Source of the DNA: Paracoccaceae bacterium
GTDB taxonomy: Bacteria; Pseudomonadota; Alphaproteobacteria; Rhodobacterales; Rhodobacteraceae
NCBI GenBank assembly: GCA_003551925.1
Contig: PUOA01000076.1
Location: 1 to 43,829 of the forward strand
Reading direction: 5' to 3'
Length of the DNA: 43,829 nucleotides
This document shows positions 29,139 through 37,895 of this stretch, one piece after another (within the stretch, counting starts at the first letter, position 1; every line of letters begins with the position of its first letter). The notes under the pieces were generated by a model. That model was given only the letters and a program-made list of their open reading frames with translations, was not told where the DNA came from and did not search any database. A program made the position numbers and the translations under genes.

Positions 29139-30035
29139 ATGACCCGCTCGGCGCTTCCCGTCCTGACCGTCGTCACGGCGATCCTGGCGCTGTGGTATGC
29201 CGGCACGGTGCAGATGAACAGCGCCTGGGTGCTGGACCGCGCCGAGCGTGCGGGCGCCGAACTCAGCTTCACCGAGCTGGTGGCCGAGACCATGACCCAG
29301 GCGCGCCCGACGCTGCCCGCCCCGCATCAGGTTGTGGTCGAGCTGTGGGAAACCACCGTGGTCGAGGAATTCACCGGCCGCCGCGGCTGGTGGAACACCG
29401 GCACGCTGTCCAACCGCAGCCTGATCCACCACGGCTGGATCACGCTCTCGGCCACGGCGCTGGGCTTTGCCATCGGCACCACCCTGGGGTTTCTGCTGGC
29501 GATCGGGATCGTGCACAACCGCGCGATGGATGCGTCGGTCATGCCCTGGGCGATCGCCAGCCAGACCATCCCGATCATCGCGCTGGCGCCGATGATCATC
29601 GTGGTGCTGAACTCGGTCGGCATCACCGGGCTGCTGCCCAAGGCGGTGATCGCGGCCTATCTGAGCTTCTTTCCGGTGGTGGTGGGCATGGTCAAGGGGC
29701 TGCGCACCCCTGATGCGATGCAGCTCGACCTGATGAAGACCTACAACGCTTCGTCGGCCGAGACGTTCTGGAAGCTGCGCCTGCCCAGTTCGATGCCTTA
29801 TCTGTTCGCCTCGATGAAGATCGGGATCGCGGCGGCGCTGGTGGGCACCATCGTCGGCGAATTGCCGGTGCAGCAGGGCGGGCTGGGGGTGCGGCTGCTG
29901 TCGGGCAGCTATTTCGGGCAGACGTTGCAGATCTGGTCGGCGCTGTTCGCGGCGGCGATCCTGGCGGCGGCGCTGGTCGGCACCGTGGGCGCGATCGAGC
30001 GGCGCACGCTGCGTCGCATGGGGATGGCGCGATGA
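29139..30035 (+). CDS. ABC transporter permease 1 (pyrimidine uptake)
   Basis: SQTIPIIALAP and EAA-like loop DLMKTYNAS..ETFWKLRLP. Confidence 0.93.
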   Translation: MTRSALPVLTVVTAILALWYAGTVQMNSAWVLDRAERAGAELSFTELVAETMTQARPTLPAPHQVVVELWETTVVEEFTGRRGWWNTGTLSNRSLIHHGWITLSATALGFAIGTTLGFLLAIGIVHNRAMDASVMPWAIASQTIPIIALAPMIIVVLNSVGITGLLPKAVIAAYLSFFPVVVGMVKGLRTPDAMQLDLMKTYNASSAETFWKLRLPSSMPYLFASMKIGIAAALVGTIVGELPVQQGGLGVRLLSGSYFGQTLQIWSALFAAAILAAALVGTVGAIERRTLRRMGMAR

Positions 30036-31168
30036 GCGGGCTGCTGTCCGCACCGGGTGCCGTGCAGCGGCTTGGCCTGATCCTGGCCACGCTCGCGGCG
30101 GCCATGCTGGGGATGGGCGGGCCGGACGCGCAGCCCTCGGGGGCGGTGTTGCTGAACCTGGGCGTTGCCGCCGTGCTGGCGCTGGTGGTCGAGCGGGTGC
30201 GCGGCCCCGACGCGCCTGGCTGGGGGCTGGCGCTGGTGCTGGGGCTGATCGCGGCGAGTCTGGTCACCGCCGCGGTGCTGATGGTCGGCGCGCTCACGGG
30301 GGTCGAGGGCGCGGCCTTCGTCGCTGCCGCCGTGGCGCTTTGGCTGGGCGGCTGGATGCTGGTCGCGTTCCTGGCCGATCTGCGGCGCCGCCCCGGCTGG
30401 GTGGGCGCGGTGCAGGCGCTCCTGCCGCCGGTGGTGTTCGGGGCGACACTGCTGTGGGCGTGGGAGGCCGTGGTCCGCGCCGCCGCCGTGCCGCGCGTGA
30501 TCCTGCCCGCGCCGTCGGTGATCGCCGAGCGTATCGGGCGCTCGGGCGACGTGTTGTGGGTCGATTTCGTGCAGACCTTCGTCAAGGGCGCGCTGTCGGG
30601 CTTTGGCATCGGCGTCGCCGCGGCGGTGGTGGTGGCGCTGGTGGTCGATCGGTCGGACTTCATGCGCCGGGGGCTGCTTCCCGTCGCCAGCTTCGCCGCC
30701 GCGCTGCCGATCATCGGCACGGCGCCGATCATGGTGATGTGGTTCGGCTTCGACTGGCCCTCCAAGGCGGCGGTGGTGGTGGCGATGGTGTTCTTCCCGA
30801 TGCTGGTGAACACCGTGCAGGGCCTGGCCGCGGCCGAGGCGATGCAGCGCGACCTGATGCGCACCTACAATGCCAGTTGGGGGCAGGCGCTGCGCAAGCT
30901 GCACCTGCCCGTGGCGATGCCGTTCATCTTCAACGGGCTCAAGATTTCATCAACGCTGGCGCTGATCGGTGCTATCGTTGCCGAATTCTTCGGCTCACCC
31001 ACGCGCGGCATGGGCTTTCGCATCTCGACCGAGGTGGGGCGCTTGCAGCTTGACATGGTCTGGGCCGAGATTGCCGTGGCAGCGCTCGCAGGGTCGCTGT
31101 TCTACGGGTTCTGGGCGCTTCTGGAGAAGCGGGTGACCTTCTGGCACCCGTCCCAGCGCGCCCGATAA
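30032..31168 (+). CDS. ABC transporter permease 2 with an extra hydrophobic N-terminal region
   Basis: LPIIGTAP, DLMRTYNAS..QALRKLHLP and GAIVAEFFG; ATGA overlap. Confidence 0.9.
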   Translation: MSGLLSAPGAVQRLGLILATLAAAMLGMGGPDAQPSGAVLLNLGVAAVLALVVERVRGPDAPGWGLALVLGLIAASLVTAAVLMVGALTGVEGAAFVAAAVALWLGGWMLVAFLADLRRRPGWVGAVQALLPPVVFGATLLWAWEAVVRAAAVPRVILPAPSVIAERIGRSGDVLWVDFVQTFVKGALSGFGIGVAAAVVVALVVDRSDFMRRGLLPVASFAAALPIIGTAPIMVMWFGFDWPSKAAVVVAMVFFPMLVNTVQGLAAAEAMQRDLMRTYNASWGQALRKLHLPVAMPFIFNGLKISSTLALIGAIVAEFFGSPTRGMGFRISTEVGRLQLDMVWAEIAVAALAGSLFYGFWALLEKRVTFWHPSQRAR

Positions 31169-31206
31169 GCAGCCCCCGCGAATGGGGGCCAACATGGAGG
31201 TGAAAC

Positions 31207-32196
31207 ATGACACTGAAACGGACAACCGCGCTGGCGCTCGCCGGCACGCTGGTCGCAGGCACCGCTGCGGCCGACGACGTGACACTGCAGCTGAAATGGG
31301 TCACGCAGGCGCAGTTCGCGGGATATTACGTGGCGCTCGAGAACGGCTATTTCGACGATGAGGGCCTGAACGTCACCATCCGCCCCGGCGGCCCGGACAT
31401 TGCGCCGCCGCAGGTGATCGCCGGGGGCGGGGCCGATGTGATCGTCGAATGGATGCCCGCCGCGCTCGCCGCGCGCGAGGCCGGCTTGCCGCTGGTGAAC
31501 ATCGCGCAGCCCTTCGCGCGTTCGGGCATGATGCTGACCTGCATGGCCGACACCGGCATCACCTCGCCCGAGGATTTTCCCGGCCGCACGCTGGGCGTGT
31601 GGTTCTTCGGCAACGAATTCCCGTTCCTGAGCTGGATGAGCCAGCTCGGCATTCCCACCGATGGCGGTGATGACGGGGTCGAGGTGCTGCGCCAGGGCTT
31701 CAATGTCGATCCGCTGCTGCAGCGGCAGGCCGACTGCATCAGCACCATGACCTATAACGAATACTGGCAGGTGATCGACGCCGGCATCGGTGAGGATGAG
31801 CTCATCAACTTCAAGTATGAAGACATGGGCGTCGCCACGCTCGAGGACGGGCTGTGGGTGCTGGAGGAAAACCTCGAGGATCCCGATTTCGTCGACCGGA
31901 TGGAGCGCTTCGTGCGCGCCTCGATGCGCGGCTGGGAGTGGGCTGCCGCCAACCCCGAAGAGGCCGCGATGATCGTGCTCGACTTCGACGAGACCGGCGC
32001 GCAGACCGAAGAGCACCAGATGCGCATGATGGGCGAGGTGGCGCTGCTGACCGAAGGCGCGAGCGGCGCGCTCGACCCCGAGGATTTCGAGCGCACGGTC
32101 CAGACGCTGCTGGCCGGAGGCTCCGACCCGGTGATCACCGATCACCCCGGCGATGCCGCGTGGACGCACGTCATCACCGACGCTGCGCTGCAGTAA
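31207..32196 (+). CDS. ABC substrate-binding protein (NMT1/THI5-like, pyrimidine)
   Basis: Signal peptide, LQLKWVTQAQFAGYY and STMTYNEY; SD GGAGG. Confidence 0.93.
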   Translation: MTLKRTTALALAGTLVAGTAAADDVTLQLKWVTQAQFAGYYVALENGYFDDEGLNVTIRPGGPDIAPPQVIAGGGADVIVEWMPAALAAREAGLPLVNIAQPFARSGMMLTCMADTGITSPEDFPGRTLGVWFFGNEFPFLSWMSQLGIPTDGGDDGVEVLRQGFNVDPLLQRQADCISTMTYNEYWQVIDAGIGEDELINFKYEDMGVATLEDGLWVLEENLEDPDFVDRMERFVRASMRGWEWAAANPEEAAMIVLDFDETGAQTEEHQMRMMGEVALLTEGASGALDPEDFERTVQTLLAGGSDPVITDHPGDAAWTHVITDAALQ

Positions 32197-32217
32197 GCCA
32201 CAGGCTGACGGACTTCG

Positions 32218-32254
32218 CCGCCCCGCGCCCCCCGGCGCGGGGCGGTTTGCGTTT
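32218..32254 (+). terminator. Intrinsic terminator of the pyrimidine operon
   Basis: CCGCCCCGCGCC-cccc-GGCGCGGGGCGG, a perfect 12-bp stem followed by TTTGCGTTT. Confidence 0.8.
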
Positions 32255-32265
32255 CGGCGCATCAC

Positions 32266-32279
32266 TTGACGTGGATCAT
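32266..32279. promoter_or_regulatory. FnrL/FixK-type box
   Basis: TTGAC-GTGG-ATCAT against consensus TTGAT-N4-ATCAA (2 mismatches), 60 nt upstream of the ATG at 32340. Confidence 0.5.
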
Positions 32280-32339
32280 GGCGCGTGGCCGGCGATCAAG
32301 CGAGGGTGGCCCCTGACACCTCTCGAAGGAGTATCTTTC

Positions 32340-32618
32340 ATGGCAGAGAAACACAGCCTCGAGGCCCGTGCCGACCTGATGCAGCGCATGGCCGACACCG
32401 TGGGCGCCGATCTGGGCGAGGCGGTCGCATCCGGCCGGATCAGTGGCCCGGACCTGCGCGCGGCGACCCTGCGATGCTACTACTGCACCGCGGCCGAGAC
32501 CTGCAGCGCCTGGATGAGCGCCGGCGCGCCTGGTGCCGGGGATGGCGCCCCGCGCTACTGCGAAAACCGGCTGCTGTTCGATCGTCTGCCGCAAGGTTAC
32601 GCGGCACTGGGCGTCTGA
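32340..32618 (+). CDS. DUF6455-like small four-cysteine protein
   Basis: SD AAGGAG; LMQRMADTVGADL...RCYYC.....C..W...APRYCEN..LFDRL pattern. Confidence 0.8.
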   Translation: MAEKHSLEARADLMQRMADTVGADLGEAVASGRISGPDLRAATLRCYYCTAAETCSAWMSAGAPGAGDGAPRYCENRLLFDRLPQGYAALGV

Positions 32619-32699
32619 CCCGCCGCGCGGCGGGGGATGGACCTGCTGCGCCTCTTCGCGCTATCCTTGCCGCCGTTGGTGCACAGGGATGAACGCGAC

Positions 32700-33419
32700 A
32701 TGCTGCTGACACGGCGCCAGATGATCGGGGCGGGGATTGCTGCGGGGGCCGTGGCTTTGGGCGGCTGCACGGTCGAGACCACGCAGTCCGCCGCCGCCAC
32801 CCCGCGGACCACGCCCGACGGTCGCCCCCTCGCCACCACGCGTGCGGTCCCGCTGTCGCCGGTGGCCGAGCGTTACGGGATCACACCGATCAACTATGGC
32901 CCGCTTCAGGACGGCCGGTTCGAGATCCCCGCCCAGCCGATGAGCCTGATCCCCGAGCAGTTCCACCGCCAGGTGGTGCCCTATTCCGGGCCGCACGCTC
33001 CGGGGACCATCGTCGTGGTCAACCGCGACCGGCATCTGTTTCTGGTGCTGCCGCAGGGCCACGCGCTGCGCTACGGTGTCGCCGTGGGCGCCGAGGGCCG
33101 CGCGTTCCGTGGCACCGGCACAATCTATCAGAAGCGCGCCTGGCCGACCTGGACACCAACCGCCAACATGATCGCGCGCGACCCGTCGCTGCGCCGCTTT
33201 GCGGGCGGGTATCCGGGCGGGCTGACCAACCCGCTGGGCGCGCGGGCGCTTTATCTGATGTGGGGGGGGCGCGACCGGGGCTACCGGATCCACGGCACGC
33301 CCGAATGGAACTCGATCGGGCGGTTCGTGTCGTCGGGCTGCATCCGGATGGTGCAGCATGACGTGATCGACCTTTACAACCGGGTGCCCCTGGGCACGCG
33401 GGTGGTGGTGGCCGGATAA
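32700..33419 (+). CDS. L,D-transpeptidase (YkuD/ErfK family), Tat-exported lipoprotein
   Basis: TRRQMI Tat motif and lipobox LGGC; NPLGARALYL, YRIHGT and SSGCIRM. Confidence 0.93.
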   Translation: MLLTRRQMIGAGIAAGAVALGGCTVETTQSAAATPRTTPDGRPLATTRAVPLSPVAERYGITPINYGPLQDGRFEIPAQPMSLIPEQFHRQVVPYSGPHAPGTIVVVNRDRHLFLVLPQGHALRYGVAVGAEGRAFRGTGTIYQKRAWPTWTPTANMIARDPSLRRFAGGYPGGLTNPLGARALYLMWGGRDRGYRIHGTPEWNSIGRFVSSGCIRMVQHDVIDLYNRVPLGTRVVVAG

Positions 33420-33441
33420 CCGCACCACATCGGTGTGACGG

Positions 33442-33521
33442 GGCCCGGTGCGAATCAGGCCCGGTGCAAATCAGGCCCGGTGCAAATCAGGCCCGGTGCA
33501 AATCAGGCTCAGTGCGGATCG
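33442..33521. repeat. 16-bp tandem repeat, 4 copies plus 1 degenerate copy
   Basis: GGCCCGGTGC(G/A)AATCA at 33442, 33458, 33474 and 33490; degenerate GGCTCAGTGCGGATCG at 33506; no spacers. Confidence 0.95.
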
Positions 33522-33865
33522 GGGCGGCGCGCGGCCAGCGCCAGCGCCCCGCCCAGCGCGCAGAAGCTGATCGGGAACATCGTGAACACGCCGAATCCGA
33601 AGGCCGCGTACATGCCGCCCGCCGCGCCCAGCATCAGCACGCCGCCGAGCGTGTTCGACGATCGCGCCATCGCGCCCCCGGCGATGGCGATCAGCGGCGC
33701 GCCGAGGCTCATCACCCGGATCAGCCCCATATTCGCAACGCCGCCGGTGATTTCGGCCAGTTCGTCGTAGCGGATGAGCAGTTCGGTGTAGCCGAAGCTG
33801 AAGAACCCCACCAGCATCCCCCAGAGCCCGCCGAGGATGCCCAGGACGAGGGCCGCATTGCGCAT
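33509..33865 (-). CDS. Small integral membrane protein of unknown function (3-4 TM segments)
   Basis: SD AAGGAGG, GC3-biased codons and Gly-rich hydrophobic helices. Confidence 0.8.
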   Translation of the reverse strand: MRNAALVLGILGGLWGMLVGFFSFGYTELLIRYDELAEITGGVANMGLIRVMSLGAPLIAIAGGAMARSSNTLGGVLMLGAAGGMYAAFGFGVFTMFPISFCALGGALALAARRPDPH

Positions 33866-34086
33866 CGCTGCCTCCTTTGGTCGCGGTGGATGCGAAGGCG
33901 AGGCCTAGCCCAACTCTGCCCCGCTGGGAAGGCTCTTGCTTTTCACGGAAGCTGTGGCAGAATTTTCGGAGTGTATACCGACTTCTGCGACCGCCGCCCT
34001 CGCATGGCAGCCGGCACGATCTGGAAGACCTGGCTGCACGACCCGCCGCGATCTTGCCGCGGGAGACACGAACTGGAGGGTTGCTC

Positions 34087-34293
34087 ATGCCGACCGGCAC
34101 CGTGAAGTGGTTCAACAGCACCAAGGGTTACGGGTTCATCGCCCCCGATGGGGGTGGCAAGGATGTCTTCGTGCACATCTCGGCGGTGGAACGCGCGGGG
34201 TTGCGCGGACTGAACGACGATCAGAAGGTCTCGTTCGAACTGCAGGAGGGGCGCGACGGGCGATCCTCGGCGGGTGATCTGAAGCTTCTGTAA
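34087..34293 (+). CDS. cspA: Cold-shock protein
   Basis: GTVKWFNSTKGYGFI (RNP1) and DVFVHISA (RNP2); SD GGAGG; long upstream non-coding stretch typical of csp genes. Confidence 0.96.
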   Translation: MPTGTVKWFNSTKGYGFIAPDGGGKDVFVHISAVERAGLRGLNDDQKVSFELQEGRDGRSSAGDLKLL

Positions 34294-34316
34294 CCACGCA
34301 CACCGGGGCAGGGGGG

Positions 34317-35369
34317 TCATGCGCTCTCGCTGTGTTCCCCGCGCCGCGCGACCAGCACACGCAGCGCCGAATCGCGCGTGATCCGTCCGATCACGTTGCC
34401 GTTCTCGATCACGCTGAGCCCATCCGAGGCGCCCTGCAATCGCTCGAGCGCGTCGCGGATGGGGGTGTCGGCGTCGATTCGCGTGTCGGGGGCCGGCCAG
34501 CCGGCGGGCAGAAGCGCGTCGCGCGCGCGCAACACGCCCAGCGGGTTCATGTTGGCCACGAAATCGGCCACGTAAGCGTTGGCGGGTGCGGTGAAGATCT
34601 CGGACGGGGTGCCGCACTGGATGATCCGCCCGCCCTCGAGGATGGCGATGCGGTTGCCGAGCCGGAATGCCTCGTCCAGATCGTGGCTGACGAAGATGAT
34701 GGTGCGCCTGAGCTTCGATTGCAGTTCCAGCAATTCGTCCTGCAGCCGGGTGCGGATCAGCGGATCGAGCGCCGAGAAGGGTTCGTCCATCAGCAGGATC
34801 GGCGCGTCGGTGGCAAAGGCGCGCGCCAGCCCGACGCGCTGCTGCATTCCGCCCGAAAGCTCGGACACCGCGCGGTCTGCCCAGGCGTCAAGCCCCACCA
34901 GCTCGAGCTGCGCGGCCACACGGTCGCGGCGCTCGCGGCGGGGCACGCCGGCCAGCTCCAGCCCCAGCCCGACGTTTTCGCGCACCGACCGCCACGGCAG
35001 CAGGCCGAAATGCTGGAACACCATCGCCACGTGGCGGGTGCGCAGTCGGCGCAGGGTGCGCGCATCGGCCTTGGGCACGCTGACCAGCCGTGTCCCGTCA
35101 TTGACCAGCACATCGCCCTGGATGATCGGGTTCAACCCGTTGACCGCGCGCAGGAGCGTCGACTTGCCCGAGCCCGACAGCCCCATCAGCACCACGATCT
35201 CACCCTCGGCCACATCGAGCGTGCAGTCATGCACGCCCAGGATCTGGCCGGTCTCCTTCTGGATCGTGGCGCGGTCCTGCCCGGTCTCCATCAGCGGCAG
35301 CGCGCGATAAGGGTTGCGCCCGAAGACGATGGACACGTTGCGAAAGCTGACAGTGGGCGCGGCGGTCAT
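34317..35369 (-). CDS. choV: Choline ABC transporter ATP-binding subunit
   Basis: Start MTAAPTVSF (ATGA overlap); GLSGSGKS, LSGGMQQRVGLARA, MDEPFSALDPLIR and a CBS-like tail. Confidence 0.93.
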   Translation of the reverse strand: MTAAPTVSFRNVSIVFGRNPYRALPLMETGQDRATIQKETGQILGVHDCTLDVAEGEIVVLMGLSGSGKSTLLRAVNGLNPIIQGDVLVNDGTRLVSVPKADARTLRRLRTRHVAMVFQHFGLLPWRSVRENVGLGLELAGVPRRERRDRVAAQLELVGLDAWADRAVSELSGGMQQRVGLARAFATDAPILLMDEPFSALDPLIRTRLQDELLELQSKLRRTIIFVSHDLDEAFRLGNRIAILEGGRIIQCGTPSEIFTAPANAYVADFVANMNPLGVLRARDALLPAGWPAPDTRIDADTPIRDALERLQGASDGLSVIENGNVIGRITRDSALRVLVARRGEHSESA

Positions 35370-36217
35370 CGCTTCGCCTCCACCCGAAGCATCCGGTCGA
35401 GCATGATTGCCACGGCGACGATCACCGCCCCCGCCTCGAAGCCCAGCGAGGCGTTGACCTGGTTGAGCGCGCGCACCACCGGCACCCCCAGCCCCGGTGC
35501 GCCCACCAGCCCGGCGATCACGACCATGCTGAGCGACAGCATGATCGTCTGGTTCAGCCCCGCCATGATCTGCGGAAACGCGTAGGGCAGTTCGACCTTG
35601 AGGATGCGCTGCCGGGTGGTGGCGCCGAAGGCGGTCGCGGCCTCGGTCAGCGCGGTGGGGGTGGAGCGGATGCCGAGTTCGGTCAGCCGGATCGCGGCCG
35701 GCATGGCGAAGATCACCGTCGCCACCAGCCCCGGCACCATCCCCAGCCCGAACAGCACCAGCACCGGGATCAGATAGACAAAGGTCGGCAGTGTCTGCAT
35801 CAGGTCCAGCACCGGGGTCAGCGCGCGGTAGAAGCGCGGATGATGCGCGGAATAGATGCCCAGCGGCACCCCGATCCCCATGCACACCACGCACGAGCCC
35901 AGCACCAGCGTCAGCGTCTGCATGGTCAGCGCCCAGTAGCCCTGGTTCAGCGCGAACAGCGCGCATCCCATGACGATGATCACCGGCGCCACCCGCCGCT
36001 GCAGCACCCAGGTCAGCGCGCCGAAGATCGCGATCATGATCAGCGGATGCGGTGCGTTCAGCGCGTTGGCCAGCACCGTGATCGCCTGCCGCAGCCCCAT
36101 TTCCAGCCCGTCGAAGAAGCCGATGAAGCTGTCCTGGAGCCATTCGAACCCGCGCGCGACCTCGCGGCCGAAGGGGATCTTGGCGTCGGTGATGCGGTCG
36201 GCGATCGGGTCGAGCAT
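35366..36217 (-). CDS. choW: Choline ABC transporter permease
   Basis: PVLDLMQTLPTFVYLIP, EAATAFGAT and NQTIMLSLSMVVIA. Confidence 0.93.
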   Translation of the reverse strand: MLDPIADRITDAKIPFGREVARGFEWLQDSFIGFFDGLEMGLRQAITVLANALNAPHPLIMIAIFGALTWVLQRRVAPVIIVMGCALFALNQGYWALTMQTLTLVLGSCVVCMGIGVPLGIYSAHHPRFYRALTPVLDLMQTLPTFVYLIPVLVLFGLGMVPGLVATVIFAMPAAIRLTELGIRSTPTALTEAATAFGATTRQRILKVELPYAFPQIMAGLNQTIMLSLSMVVIAGLVGAPGLGVPVVRALNQVNASLGFEAGAVIVAVAIMLDRMLRVEAKR

Positions 36218-36281
36218 GGGCGGGGCGGTCCTTGGAATGGAGCGGAGGCCGCCGCGCGGCCCCCGTCATGTCGGCGCTGGA

Positions 36282-37208
36282 TCAGCCCAGCGCGGCCTCG
36301 AGCGCCTCCATCGCGTCGCCGCCGTCGCGCGTGGTCACGCCGTCCAGCCACGGCTCCAGCGCGTCCATGTTGTCGGCCAGCCAGGCGCGCGCGGCCGCTT
36401 CGGGGGCCTCGCCGTCATCGAGGATCGCCGCCATGATCGCGTTTTCCATCTCGAGCGTGAATTCGAGGTTCTGCAGGAACTGCCCGACATTGGGGCATTC
36501 GTCCACGAAGCCCGCGCGGGTGTTGGTGAAGACCTCGGCGCCGCCGAAATCGGGGCCGAACCAGTCGTCGCCGCCGTCCAGATAGGTGAGCTCGAAATTG
36601 GCGTTCATCGGGTGCGGCTCCCAGCCCAGGAACACCACCGGCTCGCCGCGCCGGTCGGAGCGCGCGACCTGCGACAGCATCCCCTGCTCGGAGCTTTCGA
36701 CCAGCTCGAACGCACCCAGCCCGAAGGCGTCGGCCTCCATCATGTCGAGGATCAGGCGGTTGCCGTCATTGCCGGGCTCGATCCCGTAGAGCCGTCCCTG
36801 CAGCGCATCGAAATGCTCGGCGATGTCGGCGAAATCGGCGATGCCCAGCCCGGCGCCGTGGGCGTTGGTGGCGAGCGTGTATTTCGCTCCGGCAAGGTTG
36901 CGGCGCACGGTGTCGACGGTTCCGGCCTCGCGGTAGGGGGCGATGTCGGCTTCCATGGTGGGCATCCAGTTGCCGAGGAACACGTCGACGTCGCCATTGG
37001 CCATCGAGGTGTAGGTCACCGGCACCGACAGAACCAGCGTGTTGGCCTCGTAGCCCAGTGCGTCAAGGATCGTGGTCGCCACGGCGGTGGTGGCGGTGAT
37101 GTCGGTCCAGCCCACATCCGAGAAGGTCACGCTGTCGCAGGTGGCATAGGCTGGCGCGGCCAGCAGGGCGGCGGCCGAGGCCGCAAGCGAGATCTTGCGC
37201 AGGGTCAT
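36282..37208 (-). CDS. choX: Choline ABC transporter substrate-binding protein
   Basis: Signal peptide; DVGWTDI, LGNWMP, AKYTLA, GIEPGNDGN and LGWEPHPMN aromatic-box motifs. Confidence 0.95.
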   Translation of the reverse strand: MTLRKISLAASAAALLAAPAYATCDSVTFSDVGWTDITATTAVATTILDALGYEANTLVLSVPVTYTSMANGDVDVFLGNWMPTMEADIAPYREAGTVDTVRRNLAGAKYTLATNAHGAGLGIADFADIAEHFDALQGRLYGIEPGNDGNRLILDMMEADAFGLGAFELVESSEQGMLSQVARSDRRGEPVVFLGWEPHPMNANFELTYLDGGDDWFGPDFGGAEVFTNTRAGFVDECPNVGQFLQNLEFTLEMENAIMAAILDDGEAPEAAARAWLADNMDALEPWLDGVTTRDGGDAMEALEAALG

Positions 37209-37232
37209 GGTAGGTCACTCCCGTGGTTGGCT

Positions 37233-37258
37233 TTGTTGATTGACCAGTCAATAAACAA
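37233..37258. promoter_or_regulatory. BetI operator
   Basis: TTGTTGATTGAC-CA-GTCAATAAACAA palindrome (11/12), core ATTGA-N4-TCAAT, between divergent choX and betI. Confidence 0.85.
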
Positions 37259-37301
37259 TCGGCTATCACGTGCGCAAGCGATTTGTCGCAGGGGACAGGA
37301 C

Positions 37302-37880
37302 ATGCCGAAACTCGGAATGGAGCCTATCAGGCGCGATGCATTGATCAAGGCCACGATCGCCGAGATCGCGCAGACCGGCGCGCTCGAGGTCACGGTCAGC
37401 CGGATCGCCCGGCGCGCGGGGATGTCCTCGGCGCTGGCGCATCATTACTTCGGGTCCAAGGACGCGATGTTCCTGGCCGCGATGCGCCATGTGCTGTCGG
37501 TCTATGGCGCCGAGGTGCGCGGCGCGCTCGCCGCCGCCGACGGCCCGCAGGCGCGGGTGCAGGCGCTGATCCGCGCGAGCTTCACCCCAACCAGCTTCCG
37601 CCGCGAGGTGATCGCGGCGTGGCTCAACTTCTACGTTCTTGCGCAGACCCGCGCCGATGCCGCGCGGCTGCTGGGCGTGTATCAGCGCCGGCTGGTGTCG
37701 AACCTCGGCCATGCGCTGCGCCCGGTCGCGGGCGCCCGCGCCCGCCCGCTGGCCGAAGGCGTCGCGGCGATGATCGACGGCGTCTACCTGCGCGAGGCGC
37801 TGGGCGCGGGCGAGCCCGACGGCCGCGCCGCCGCCCGCATGGTCGAGGACTGGCTGGCCGCGCAGCTGCGCACCGCCTGA
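37302..37880 (+). CDS. betI: Choline-sensing TetR repressor BetI
   Basis: MPKLGMEPIRR, AGMSSALAHHYFGSK, AWLNFY and RRLVSNL. Confidence 0.96.
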   Translation: MPKLGMEPIRRDALIKATIAEIAQTGALEVTVSRIARRAGMSSALAHHYFGSKDAMFLAAMRHVLSVYGAEVRGALAAADGPQARVQALIRASFTPTSFRREVIAAWLNFYVLAQTRADAARLLGVYQRRLVSNLGHALRPVAGARARPLAEGVAAMIDGVYLREALGAGEPDGRAAARMVEDWLAAQLRTA

Positions 37881-37895
37881 CGAAAGGAATCCCTG

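Noticed and set aside
33442-33521. Possible CRISPR array
   Set aside because: Units are 16 bp, head-to-tail, with no unique spacers and no cas genes; this is a tandem repeat.
33936-33963. Possible sigma70 promoter for cspA (TTGCTT-N16-CAGAAT)
   Set aside because: Plausible position but a weak match; needs TSS data.
36244-36264. Hairpin between choX and choW
   Set aside because: Ordinary mRNA-stabilising stem after a binding-protein gene; not novel.
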